Part shown: in pieces, positions 14,489 through 25,829 of the stretch
Position numbering within the stretch: position 1 is the first letter of the stretch
How the letters are laid out: each line of letters starts with the position of its first letter
DNA from: Eledone cirrhosa
Taxonomy: Eukaryota
DNA: 64,000 nt
Reading direction: 5' to 3'
NCBI GenBank assembly: GCA_964016885.1
Contig: OZ024752.1
Span: 17,422,001 to 17,486,000 of the forward strand
Translations under genes and position numbers: made by a program
The notes under the pieces: model-generated
Told to the model about the DNA's origin: nothing
The model's database searches: none
Seen by the model: the letters and a program-made list of their open reading frames with translations, nothing else

Positions 14489-14607
14489 ATTGTATGTATG
14501 TATGTGTGTGTGTAAGCATGTATTCATGTGTGGTGCAAGCTGAACTATCGAAGATATACCCAAATTATAGATATTGTTCAGGTGTTTTGCAACCTTTATT
14601 CATATAA

Positions 14608-15851
14608 CTAAAGACGAATCCATTGTGGCAGAAAATAATCATTATAGTCAGCACTGTACGCATTTCGAAGTCCGGATTTTTCTTTAGCTGGTGGGAAAAA
14701 GTAAGTAACTTTTCCTTTACATAAGAATCCAGCCCACCAGCTGAAACTACCTATAGAAGAAATCAAATGATCACTGCTAGATAGAATAGCCATATCTTCT
14801 GTTGCTGAGTTACCCTTTACAAAATAAGTACTATTGTCAAATATATTTTTTTCACACCATGGTATACCATTAGAACAAACAATAAATATCACATTTTTAT
14901 AATGAGATCGAAACCATTCTTTTGCCTTTATGAAATATTCCTTTGTAGCCACGTTATGTCCATGAGAGTTGTTAACCATATCACCACGTCGTACATGTAT
15001 TCCCACCAACGTCCAGTTCTTTATTGATGTATTTATAGAAATGTTTTCATGAGTTTTAACAAAGTTCCTTAGAATTCTAACAGCTTTCTGTTTAATGTTC
15101 TTTTTAAAAGTGAACTGGGAATGGATTTCGTCGAATATGTGTTCAAAATACTTGTAAGACTGTAAATATGTTCCAATAATAATATTGTTATTATTACTAA
15201 TATTAAAGAAACTAGGATCAAAAGAACTGGCATGGTGTTCATATTTTCTTTTAGCCTTATTGCAAGAAGATTTATTTTTCTCAAAACCGTATATATTAAA
15301 TATTTTTTGTAAATTTATGTCATCATTACGAATAGTCACATTCATATTTTTTAGTCTTGCTAAACCTAAACCCGTTGCAAAAATAAACATTTGATTACCC
15401 AACCTTCCAATTAAATTGATGCACACGTATTTTTGTGTAGTTCTTTGTCTTTCCAAACTTGTAGTATTATTGTAGGTAGGTGGTTGAGTGCTTGTTGTTC
15501 GTGTTTCCAAACTTGTTGTGTTATGGTAGGTAGGTGGTTGAGTACTTGTTGTTCGTGTTTCCAAACTTGTAGTGTTATGGTAGGTAGGTGGTTGAGTGCT
15601 TGTTCGTGTTTCCAAACTTGTAGTGTTATGGTAGGTAGGTGGTTGAGTAGATGTTATACGTTTCTTCAACATGGTCGTCTTAAGAAGAGTAGACGGTGTG
15701 GTGAACTTTTCCAATTTGCTATTTCTTATAAAATTGACTGGTGATTTGAAATTAACTATTCTTTGTTGAATTCCGGTGAAGGGAATTCCCATAAAGACAA
15801 AATACAGGGAAACAACAGCCAACATACAAAGCCATAGAAACTTGCGTTGAT
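14608..15851 (-). CDS. Galactoside alpha-1,2-fucosyltransferase (GT11, FUT1/FUT2-like) main coding exon; start presumably in an upstream exon
   Basis: Uninterrupted ORF with a type-II anchor (FLWLCMLAVVSLYFVFMGI), a Thr/Pro stem and GT11 motifs GRLGNQMF, GIHVRRGD and GSFSWWAGFL. Splice acceptor ttctacttttattttacag ends at 15852 (phase 1). Stop at 14608-14610. Confidence 0.92.
15451..15650 (-). repeat. Coding 54-bp tandem repeat (about 4 units) in the fucosyltransferase stem
   Basis: ttccaaacttg recurs at 15451, 15505, 15559 and 15610. Encodes TSTQPPTY(H/N)NTTSLETR(T). Confidence 0.95.
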
Positions 15852-15883
15852 CTGTAAAATAAAAGTAGAAACTATGTAATGTA

Positions 15884-15920
15884 ACTAGCTGGCCCCGTGC
15901 CGTCAAAAATGATGGCTCAT
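15884..15920 (-). mobile_element. Helitron-like 3' end
   Basis: Minus strand: hairpin GCCATCA..TGACGGC, then ~10 nt, then CTAG|T. Confidence 0.45.
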
Positions 15921-16238
15921 TGTAATATCTATACATAATATAAACAAGAGATGTTTGTTGTTTGTTTCTTGGCACAAGAGTGATACGAATACACAAAGGC
16001 ACAGCCAATGTGTAGTCAATTCGCTATACATATACACAGACAAGTGTGACGAACCATAGAACGCTGGACTGCTATAGTTTCTCACCACTCTCCCTTCCTC
16101 AGTCATCACATACATGTGTGTGTATGTAATAATCATTTCTCTAAGTGTGTCTGTTTATATATATGTATGTGTAGATGCATGCGTGTATTTGTAATTGTAT
16201 AGTCTACGTATCTTTCTAAATAAAACACACACACACAC

Positions 16239-16277
<39 letters not shown>

Positions 16278-16419
16278 TATTATATATAAATATAATTTAC
16301 ACAAACACACACACACGCACAAACACTCACATAATCATAACAGCCAATGTGTGTAGCCAATTTACTATACATATACACACACATACAGGAGTAGCGAATG
16401 TTAGACGCTGCTTCCTGTA

Positions 16420-16895
16420 GTTTGTCATCATCCCTTCCTTCCTCAGTCATCCCTTGTGCGTGACGTCTCACCCCTTCCTTCCACAGTCATCTCTAGTGCG
16501 TGACGTCATCACCTCTTCCTTCCTCAGTCGACGTAATCCCTCTTCCTTCCTCAGTCGACGTTATCACCCCTTCCTTCATCAGTCGACGTATTCCCTCTTC
16601 CTTCCTCAGTCGACGTTATCACCCCTTCCTTCCTCATTCGACGTTATCACCCCTTCCTTCCTCAGTCGACGTAATCACCCCTTCATTTCTCTGTCGATGT
16701 AATCACCCCTTCCTTCCTCAGTCGACGTAATAAACCCTTCCTTTCTCAGTCGACGTAATACCCCTTTCCTTCCTCAGTCGACGTAATACCCCTTTCCTTC
16801 CTCAGTCGACGTAATACCCCCTTCCTTTCTCAGTCGACGTAATACCCCCTTCCTTTCTCAGTCGACGTAATACCCCCTTCCTTCCTCAGTCATGA
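16420..16895 (+). repeat. 28-29-bp minisatellite (TCAGTCGACGTAATACCCCCTTCCTTCC)
   Basis: About 15 head-to-tail units with no spacers. Confidence 0.92.
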
Positions 16896-17110
16896 CTAGT
16901 ATGTGACGGAGAGTAATTTTAAATGTAATAAATAACGAAAAATTTAGCGGAGGTACATAAGGAATTATGTCGACCCAGTTCTGCTTGAAGCGTTGAGTTA
17001 TGGCCTTTAAGTTCTGAGTTCAAATCCCGCCGAGGTTAACTTCGCCTTTCATCCTTACGGGGTCGAAATGGTTTAAGCATACATATATGTGTATATGTAT
17101 ATGTGTGTGC

Positions 17111-17165
<55 letters not shown>

Positions 17166-17510
17166 GTAATAATAAACATTTGAAGACTAAAATCCAAAGA
17201 GGGCTCGATAAGGATAAAAATATATCAAATATATAAGAACCGTAGAGCAAATATTTATTAAAATAACAGATTAAAGTTTAAGCAAAGAATCGCTGCTTTC
17301 ACCCTTAACGGGATCTTCTGAAACTAACAAAGTCAATCTGTAAACGCAGAAGTGAATATTTCAAAAAACGTTACAACCGGAGGAAGACAGGAAGACGATA
17401 CTTTGGTTCGTGGAAACGTTCCCTGGCAAAGAACGGGAAAACACGAATATAATACGTCATTATTTGGAGCGGTGAAAAACAATTACACGCAAATATATAT
17501 ATATATATAT

Positions 17511-17635
<125 letters not shown>

Positions 17636-18002
17636 ATAGAATTAGAATTTCGTATTTCTTTAGAAATACGTAATCCAAATATATATAAATATATATATAT
17701 GAGTTCGGATCTAGCTGGTGAAACAACCGGAACTCAGCTGTCGGGGTCCTGACTTTTCCTATTACCCATTCTACTAATCTAATTATCGAGTACACTAGTA
17801 CCTTATGGTTCACCTGGTTTCTCTAGCTTCACGCATAGCACCAGTAATGTACTGGGGTAATTGTTGGCCTTCTGCCAAAACTAGAAACAATTATTGGAGG
17901 AAATTACACCCGGCAGCATCGAAATGGTTTAAGCATGCACATATATGCGTATATATGTGTGTGTGTGAATATATATATATATTTTTTCTTTTTGAATATA
18001 TA

Positions 18003-18715
18003 TCTATATATATATAAAGATGAAGTTTTCTGTATGTGTATGTGGACAATTTTTAATGAGGGCTCATATATTCTAAACCATTCATGCGATTTCTTTTAAA
18101 TTTTTTACAGAGCTTCTCCTTGCACAAAACCTGTACATGATCTACAAAGGCTTTCAAAAATCGATATTGGGACCTTTGGAGACATTAAAAAAGTTTCGGT
18201 TATTTGTGTGAATTTTCGAGATTACGTAAGACAAGAGTTATCTTTAAGTGAAGACAAGAGTTACCTTTCATAATTCGGCTCATTCGGATTTTAATTTACT
18301 CTTTGTACTTGAAACAAAAGCTACGCTTCCTTGAGACTAACAATATCATTTTGTATATTTTACAACCAGCAATTTCTAACAGATTACTAAGTTAAGTTAT
18401 AGATTTGACATTGTATAATTTATCGTTTCAAGCTTGATGTTCATACATTAAGTGATGTCATAACTTTTATAATATTATGCTTTGTACATAATAGTGTCTA
18501 TTATTCACTTCACTTCTCTATTTCATGATGCGCTTTTACTGTTGTCAAAAAAGACACCGAGATCACATATTAATTATTTCGCTGGAATAGTGCCTAAGGT
18601 TTTCATGTTTACATAAAGTACGTTTTTCTTCTATGTATGCAAATTTACTTTGTTTAGTTTAATGAGCTACACCGAAAGCTACTTGAACCGTCCAAAGGAC
18701 GGGTAGTTTAACTAG
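18003..18715 (+). mobile_element. Non-autonomous Helitron
   Basis: Starts A|TCTATATATATATAAAG. Ends with hairpin CCGTCC-AAA-GGACGG, 9 nt, then CTAG|T. No TSD. Confidence 0.7.
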
Positions 18716-19424
18716 TATAGAATAGAATTAGAATTTAGCTTCGAGCATAGCTGTATACAAATATGTATTTGAATTTCGTATTTCTAAAGAAATACGGTAT
18801 GTTTATAACTAAACATTTACAAAAGCCGTAGCTTAAGTTTTTTGTTATACACGTACCGTATTTCTGGTTTCATTAGCTTTACCCATAGTTGTATACATAC
18901 ATGTATTGAAATGTATGTTTATCCATAAACGTACATACATATGTATGGATAATAAACATACATATATATGTTTATCCCAAGTGTCTGCTTGGTAATCTGC
19001 TCAAAATAAATGTTTGGCTTATTTTATTATATGAGAAAATTCTTTCTTTTTCCAACACCACCACCTCCACCCTTCCATTACCATCATCATCATCACCACC
19101 ACCAACACCACTATCATTATCATCTTCGTCACCACTACTGTCACTAGCACTACCGTAGCCACCAACCACAACCATTTCACTACATCTCACCCCTTTCTCC
19201 TATTCCGATCTTAAACACAGACTGAAATCCATACCTTTCGCAAATCTTTCCCTCTCTCTATCTCTTTCCTTTTCTCTCCCATTCTCTTTCTCTCACTATA
19301 TCTTCCCTACACTCTCTCTTCCATTCTCTCTCTGATATTTTCTCTCTCCAACACTCCCTTTCTCTCGCAGACTATCTTTCCCTCTCGCTCTCTCATTCTC
19401 ACCCTCTCATTCCATTTACCTCTA

Positions 19425-19872
19425 ATGAGGAATCTGCAGATACTCCATCCTGACTATCCCTTCAGATTTATACCTGTGATTATTGGAACACTGGGATATG
19501 TTAGTAACTGCCTCAGTACAAATCTTGATAAGCTGGACTTCACAGAACCAGAAAGAACACAATTAATTAGGAAATTACAAGTACAATCCATTAATAGAAC
19601 AGTAAAAATATGTAAAACATTCCAAAAATTCTTCATGTAAATATTGCATGTACACATGTACAGATACAAAACATATGACCATGCACACATATAACTCAAA
19701 ATATCTACATCCACACATACAATAACATCCATACTTACACACACACACGCATGCAGATATACATACGTAACTACCTAGTTGATGTTGTGTAAATTCCAAT
19801 GAAAGAATCTTGTATCTATGTCAGAAACCGACTCTCTATTGGTAAAATATATAAGAAATTATAAAACCAGAA
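19425..19872 (+). mobile_element. R4/Dong LINE 3' fragment
   Basis: MRNLQILHPDYPFRFIPVIIG... and its 3' UTR match 29270-29712. Confidence 0.88.
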
Positions 19873-19873
19873 C

Positions 19874-19910
<37 letters not shown>

Positions 19911-19952
19911 ATTAACAACAAAGAGCGCTTAGAACATAGGTATATCTTTAAT

Positions 19953-19998
19953 TGCTAACAGTGTTTCGTCCACACTAGAAGTGGGACTCTTCAGAGCA
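19953..19998 (-). ncRNA. Type-I hammerhead ribozyme (GUU triplet)
   Basis: Minus strand: TGCT-CTGAAGA-GTCCCAC ttcta GTGTGGAC-GAAAC-ACT-GTT-AGCA. Confidence 0.85.
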
Positions 19999-20265
19999 TA
20001 AAGAGTAAATACATAGTATACAAGCATTGACAAAGCCAAAACAGTAAAAATATGTAAAACTGTTGAACTGCGGCTAACTGCAACACCTAAGGCGTTCGCG
20101 TGCTCCTGATATATTCCATATATCACCATGAGTCAACACTAGTGTCACCTTAGGATTTCTATAATAATATTATTATTACATGCCCTAATAATTACCATCT
20201 TGATTACCCTTATTACATCTTTTTACCCCCAGTTACATTTTTATAAATATGCATTACTTGGACTG

Positions 20266-20305
<40 letters not shown>

Positions 20306-21104
20306 TTGTATATACGTCTCTTGTATATATATTTTTTATATATATTTTTGTATATATTTTTGTATATTTTATATATTGTACGTATATCACTTGTTGAACA
20401 TAGCTTGATAGCTTATGCATTTGCCAGTCTTATCTTTACCCACACCTTCCTTTATGGTGTATATTTTACTCCATTTTTTTTGGTGTATTGTTTTATTTAT
20501 CTTCTGGTGTATATTTGACTTTACTTTATTTTATTTTATTCTATTTTATTTTATTTTTTATTTTTTATCTTTTATCTATTTTTTATCTATTTCTTATCTA
20601 TTTTTTATCTATTTTTTATCTATTTTTTAATCTATTTTTTATCTATTTTTTATCTACCTCTTATCTATTTTTTATCTATCTCTATCTCTTAACTTGTGCC
20701 CATCCGTCTATGATATGTTATTTGTATTAGTGTATACTGTATGTGTTGCATATGGGTGCTTGTGTGTAGGTGCATGCGGGTGCTCATGCTTATGCGTATA
20801 CTTGTATGTAGCTGTATGTTAACGGAACCCTGCCCAACTGTGAGTGATAACATTTCTTTTTTATTTTTCATTTTTATTTTTATTCTTATTTTTATTTTTA
20901 TTTTTATTTTTATTTTTATTTTTATTTTTATTTTTATTTTTATTTTTATTTTTATTTTTATTTTTATTTTTATTTTTATTTTACTCTTTTCTTATTTTAC
21001 TCCTTTTACTTTACTCTTTAAACTCCTCCCAACTTATGGTATCCCCACACATATTCTTCTGTTTTGGCTTTGTCAATGCTTGTATACTATGTATTTACTC
21101 TTTA

Positions 21105-21150
21105 TGCTCTGAAGAGTCCCACTTCTAGTGTGGACGAAACACTGTCAGCA
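21105..21150 (+). ncRNA. Type-I hammerhead ribozyme (GUC triplet; predicted cut after 21146)
   Basis: TGCT-CTGAAGA-GTCCCAC ttcta GTGTGGAC-GAAAC-ACT-GTC-AGCA, with a complete consensus core. Confidence 0.9.
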
Positions 21151-21277
21151 ATTAAAGATATACCTATGTTCTGAGCGCTCTTTGTTGTTAATTGTATTAC
21201 GGCTCTGTCCTCTGACATTGAGCTAACCATATACTGCCTATTTGATAAGTGGAGTGTTACACACTCCCAATTCTCTC

Positions 21278-21340
<63 letters not shown>

Positions 21341-21376
21341 GTTGAAAATTGCAAACTTGACTGTCACCACATATTA

Positions 21377-21415
21377 TGAACCTGAAGATTGCGAAAGCAT
21401 GAAAGTACTTGATCA
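21377..21415 (+). ncRNA. Minimal hammerhead ribozyme
   Basis: TGAAC-CTGAAGA-T-TGC gaaa GCA-T-GAAA-GTAC-TT-GATCA. Palindromic AAGTACTT; one mismatch in stem I. Confidence 0.65.
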
Positions 21416-21565
21416 ATTAACACTTAGAATTTAATATTCTATCATACTATTTCATTATAATACCATTATAAATTTTAAAGGATTGTAAATAAAACGAGTA
21501 AATCAGACAAAGTTGGAATTCCTCTTATTAATATAATCTTCTATACACAATCATATACACCCGTG

Positions 21566-21688
<123 letters not shown>

Positions 21689-21986
21689 GTATGAGACGTA
21701 GCTCCGTTTAATTGATTATTTGTCTAGTTAAGTGCTACGGGCTAAGAGGAAAAACTGGATACATTTTATCTTACTGATCCTCGGGGAGAATAGTCGGTAT
21801 CATTTGTCTATTATTTCTTCGAAGTTACATTTAAAACTTATAGATCAGTTTAAATGATTATTTATCTAATTGATTTCTACGGACTAGGGTGAAGAAAGAT
21901 TGGGTGTATTTTATCTAATAATTCTTCAAACTTACAATTTTATATATATATATATATGTATATATATATACAAACATACATACATA

Positions 21987-22144
<158 letters not shown>

Positions 22145-22155
22145 ATGTATATATA

Positions 22156-22190
22156 CTAGACCACCCGTGACCAGTTGGGTCACGTTCGTT
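22156..22190 (-). mobile_element. Helitron-like 3' end
   Basis: Minus strand: CGTGACC caact GGTCACG, 6 nt, then CTAG|T. Confidence 0.55.
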
Positions 22191-22431
22191 TCAAAATATT
22201 TTTTAAATAATTAAAATATACACAGACATGTATATAATGTGAAATGGAACTGGAAGGCCCATACATATATGCGTGTGTATATATATATAGGAACAAGTAA
22301 GACCCCGACGGCTGAGCTCAAGCCGTTTCGACGGCTAATTCTGGACTGTTCCTATTACCCACTCTACTACCCTAAGTATTGAGTACTTTGGTGCGTTATG
22401 GTCCACCTGGTTCCTTACCACTTTTCCTTCG

Positions 22432-22465
<34 letters not shown>

Positions 22466-22467
<2 letters not shown>

Positions 22468-22840
22468 AATTAGTATATCTACCAACATATGTATACCTAT
22501 GCTAGCAAATATATATGTTATGTCTTAGTAACTTTGTGGTTCTATGCAAGGGGATGCAGAACAATTATATGAAAGACGTAAAATAAGAAAATTATTAAAA
22601 TTAACTTACTTACTAAAATTTTCACTCCAACTAATTAGTTTCTGTAAGGGAATAAATATAGTTACGCAACGCAACCATAGAAAAATCCTTACGTCATCAG
22701 GGAGTCTATTCTCAGCTAAGGATTTCTCTATGGTTGCGTTGCGTAACTATATTTATTCCCTTACAGAAACTAATTAGTTGGAGTGAAAATTTTAGTAAGT
22801 AAGTTAATTTTAATAATTTTCTTATTTTACGTCTTTCATA
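22466..22840. mobile_element. Fold-back copy of the 546-nt hammerhead family
   Basis: ~22568-22691 pairs with ~22717-22840. Homologous to 40185-41490. Confidence 0.85.
22624..22705 (-). ncRNA. Type-I hammerhead ribozyme
   Basis: Minus strand: ACTCC-CTGATGA-C-GTAAGG...CCTTAC-A-GAAAC-TAATTA-GTT-GGAGT. Confidence 0.88.
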
Positions 22841-23933
22841 TATATATATGAATAAAGTTAGTCCTTCATCAGTGATCTTCCAACCTTCATTGGTATTTCA
22901 TCGCTTTATAGACCATATACCTCCGGTTGGTGCGAGCAACGGCTAAAGAAAGTCGTTGGGACACGTAAATAAGGGGAACGAGCGAGACTGCAAACAAACA
23001 AAGATGGTAATGCAACGCAAAGTGAGGAAGAAAGAGTCAAGGCCCAGATTTCCATGAATATAAGTTCGGTGAAATCGTGAACGAGAGAGAATAAAGACCA
23101 TCAAACCTAGTCGAAATGTGACCCAGGAAGGAATTTCGCACAGGTCAAACGGGAGGAAGAAGGAGTCTAGTCCCTTAATTCGGTGAACATAAGTTCTGTG
23201 AAATTATAGACAAGAGAGAAAAAAGGAACAACCAGCCTGGTCAAGCGTGCGCGAGAAAAGAATTACGCACAGGTGAAACGGGAGGAAGTAGGAGAGGTAG
23301 TAGCAGAGAGTGAGTGAGTGAAGGGCGATGAAGAGGCTAACAGAGAGAGTGACTGTTAGAGAGGGTAAAGGGAGGTGAAAGATACAGAGAAAGAGGAAGC
23401 AGTAAGAACGAATATATATATATATATATATATATTGGTAAACGGAATAGAAAATGCTGACAAATTGTTCACAGTGGAAAATAGTTTAATGAGGAATAAA
23501 TGAGAATTAGTAATTGTATTGGTTAGTATTCAGTTTTGGTTTTAAGTTTTACCGGTTGCGCATTTCTAAATGCTTTTCAAAAATAATTTTGAGATAGAGC
23601 GTCCGTGATGTTTGCTCCGATCTGATTAGTTTTGGGAATTCTACCTGTTTTTATGTTAAAAAAGTGGCTCCAGCGCTATTAAAATTGGTTTTTGCGCCAA
23701 TTCGTGTTGCAAAAATTCTTGTGGTCAAAACAATTTTGATTGGTCGGTAGAGGTCATGTGAATGTAAAAAATTGATTTTGCGCCAAGACTGAGAAATGAC
23801 TCTTTCACAACAAATATGTGTGTATGTGTGTGTGTGTGTAGTAGTAGTAAAGTGTTCGTTGTTGTGATAATGGTTAGCAGGGACGTGTGTGCGAACCGCA
23901 GCCTGTTGACAGTTCAAATGCTTATTAAGACAC

Positions 23934-24024
<91 letters not shown>

Positions 24025-24132
24025 GCAGAGTAATTCGTGGTAGAGGGATGGTCAGTAGGAATGTGTCTGTAAGTGAGTGGAGGATATTTTAACATGTTAA
24101 AAGATATTTTTCAGCTCTTGTCTTATACGGAG

Positions 24133-24169
<37 letters not shown>

Positions 24170-24547
24170 AGTCTCTTTGTATGTTAATGTACGAGTGTGT
24201 ATGTGTGTGTGTATATATATGTGTGTGTGCGTGTGTGAGAATGTGTGTGTGTGTGTGTGTGGGTGGACCAGTATTTTTTTCCTGGTAAAATGGTGTACAT
24301 TATTCGATATTTTCAGTAAAATTGATTCTCTCAATAGAACATCAAAAACCTTAACAATAAAAGGTGTGAAATGATATTGACTATATATATATATATATAT
24401 ATACATATATTCACTATATATATATATATTTTTTTTGTGTTGCACCATAGAACATGTGTGTTTACGTATGTCATTGTGTTTATATGTGGGTAGAGATGTG
24501 TGCTGATGTAGGTATGTATGTTGATGTGTGTATGTTGTGGGTTCGTC

Positions 24548-25825
24548 TTAGGGAGAAGTGTTTAGACGGGGTCCGTATTTGTTAATAAAGTAAGATTCCT
24601 TGCTGATGCGCTGGGTGTGGGTGGCATTATCTTTAAATTTGCAGAGGGGAAAGATTCTGAAGTTGGGATGATTTTGGGCGGCACAGGTATCAATGTGTTC
24701 ACTCAGTGGTATTTTCCTGTATTCCCGTATTTTAATTTGGGATCTATGGGCAGTCATGCGTTGGTGGAGGCTGTTTTTGGTCTGGCCTATGTATTGTTCT
24801 CGACAACCTGAGCAAGTTAATACATATATTAGATTTTCCAATGCACATGTGAAATTGTGTTTTACTATAAAACGTTGTCCTTCTTTGAAATAGAATTCCG
24901 AACCCTCTATTAGGTTGATGCAAATGCCACAGTTGGGTCTATCGCATTTTTTTACTGTGGGTTTCGTTGTTGTGGTTGGCAGTACTTTGGCATGTGTTAG
25001 GATGTTTTTCATTGACTTAGATTGTCTTTTGCTCTTTATGATATCGTGTGTTCGTAGGATTTGGTTCATTCTATGGTCCTTTTTCAACACAGGGATGTTC
25101 TGGAGGATGGTGTCGAAGGCCTCATTGTTGAGGGGGTTGTGTGTGGAACTTTTAGTTTCGGTTGATTTACTTTAGGGTGTCTAAGGTCCTGGGTACTGAG
25201 TTTTAGGGCACGTTGGAATCAATTGTCAATTAGTGATGCAGGGTAGTCCCTGCCTATGAGTGTGTCCTTTAATTCTTGTAGCCGTAAGTAGCAGGTGTTT
25301 TTATTGGAGACTATAGTACAGATTCTCTTGGCTAAGTTGTAGGGAATATTAATTTTAACGTGTCTAGGGTGGCAAGAGTTGAAAGGAAGATATTGCTTGG
25401 AGTCTGTGGGTTTGTAGTATATGTCTGTTTCTATTTTTTTGTTATGGATCTTAATGAGGATGTCGAGGAAGGGGAGTTGTTGATGGCTGTATTCCATCGT
25501 GAAGTTAATATTCGTGTTGAGCCCATTTATAAGGGTGTAAAATTCTTTAAGTTTTTCGATGTTTTCGTGCCAAAGGATGAAGCAGTCATCTAGATATCGC
25601 TTCCAGTTCCTTTCTATGTGTAAGTGGAGAGTGTTTCCAAATTTGTTTAGGACTTTAGTGTAGAGGGTGATTTCCAGGTATCCCATGACTAGGTTGGCAT
25701 AATTGGGGCTGTTTTCGTTCCCATAGCGGTCCCAGATTTCTGCCTGTAGGGTTTGTTATTGAAAACGAAGTAATTGTTCTCCAAGATAAATTTGAGTCCC
25801 TCTATCACGAATTCAATATTCCAAT
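24548..25825 (-). mobile_element. PLE, 5'-truncated (RT and GIY-YIG), frameshifted
   Basis: QKSGTAMGTKTAP, WKRYLDD, LPFLD, YYKPTD..YL..SCHP, CDRPNCGIC and IYVLTC...YIGQT. Confidence 0.93.
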
Positions 25826-25829
25826 TGGA

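Larger units (their letters stand above)
19908..21280. mobile_element. ORF-less element with ~137-bp inverted arms (19908-20044 / 21059-21195), each carrying a hammerhead
   Basis: The arms are reverse complements. Low-complexity interior. (TA)n on both flanks. Confidence 0.8.

Noticed and set aside
15852-16008. 5' extension of the 466-aa ORF as the true N-terminus
   Set aside because: It reads through a polypyrimidine tract, an AG acceptor and a Helitron-like end, so it is most likely intron.
16420-16895. CRISPR array or coding repeat
   Set aside because: Head-to-tail minisatellite without spacers; the overlapping ORFs are repeat translations.
17380-17428. Hammerhead (CAGGAAGA...GAAACGTT)
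   Set aside because: The core is broken and stem I is unsupported.
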